Shown in pieces: positions 63,816 to 64,000 of a stretch of DNA of 64,000 bases. The stretch covers positions 12,663 to 76,662 of the IMG/VR virus record IMGVR_UViG_3300044712_002706, one strand, 5' to 3'. How positions within the stretch are numbered: the stretch's first letter is position 1; the number at the start of each line of letters is the position of its first letter. The notes below the pieces were generated by a model. It did no database searches and was not told where the DNA came from. It saw only the letters and a list, made by a program, of their open reading frames with translations. The DNA is from a virus. Position numbers and translations under genes: made by a program.

Positions 63816-64000
63816 TAATAATGGCTGGCGTGGGCACGGTGGCCCGTCTTGGCCAGGTGATTTTGTACGGCCAGGGCAATGGCCTGCTGCTTACTACTGG
63901 CCCAGATGGTTTGTATCGAGCCATCACTCAGCGTAACGGCCCATTGCTTCATCTTGGCGGCGGCGTAGGTGGCGAGAGTCTTGGCGGTGTGGGTGTTCAT
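63806..64000 (-). CDS. Small phage protein
   Basis: Paralog of 17596..17799. Confidence 0.7.
   Translation of the reverse strand: MNTHTAKTLATYAAAKMKQWAVTLSDGSIQTIWASSKQQAIALAVQNHLAKTGHRAHASHYYRM

Larger units (their letters stand above)
24811..64000. mobile_element. Prophage B (siphovirus-like), extends beyond the window
   Basis: Regulatory switch, early, lysis, packaging, head and tail modules in order. Confidence 0.88.

Noticed and set aside
63760..63927. Long N-terminal extension of the ParM-like ORF
   Set aside because: It overlaps the upstream conserved small gene; an RBS and the actin phosphate-1 motif support the start at 63759.
1..64000. One circularly permuted phage with terminal redundancy
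   Set aside because: The repeated genes are clearly diverged and flank different cargo, which fits two distinct prophages.

Overview
The window holds parts of two related temperate siphophage-like prophages in tandem. The host is most likely a Chloroflexota (Anaerolineae-like) bacterium, inferred from Pro/Thr-linker membrane proteins and a C-terminal YFPLIK motif. Prophage A (1-~24810) runs from a tail fibre through about 14 kb of cargo (type I R-M hsdMSR, two membrane proteins, a low-GC PAS-kinase/receiver/membrane-protein cassette). It then has a leftward operon with a DnaA_N-fused replication initiator and a TraB/Spd-like FtsK plus membrane-protein module, and ends at a tyrosine integrase. 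The junction is a promoter plus the 5' half of tRNA-Leu(UAA), which the following arm folds back into a long hairpin. Prophage B (~24811->64000) has a divergent-promoter switch, early genes (DdrB-like protein, 3'-5' exonuclease), tandem small-RNA units, lysis genes, a split terminase and head/tail genes. Its leftward operon carries an adenine methyltransferase and a ParM-like actin. The strongest candidate new system is a duplicated promoter/antiterminator/terminator RNA switch with covarying stems in front of both late operons, directly downstream of a DUF2292/YezD-like small protein. All product calls come from motifs recognised by eye; no database searches were run.
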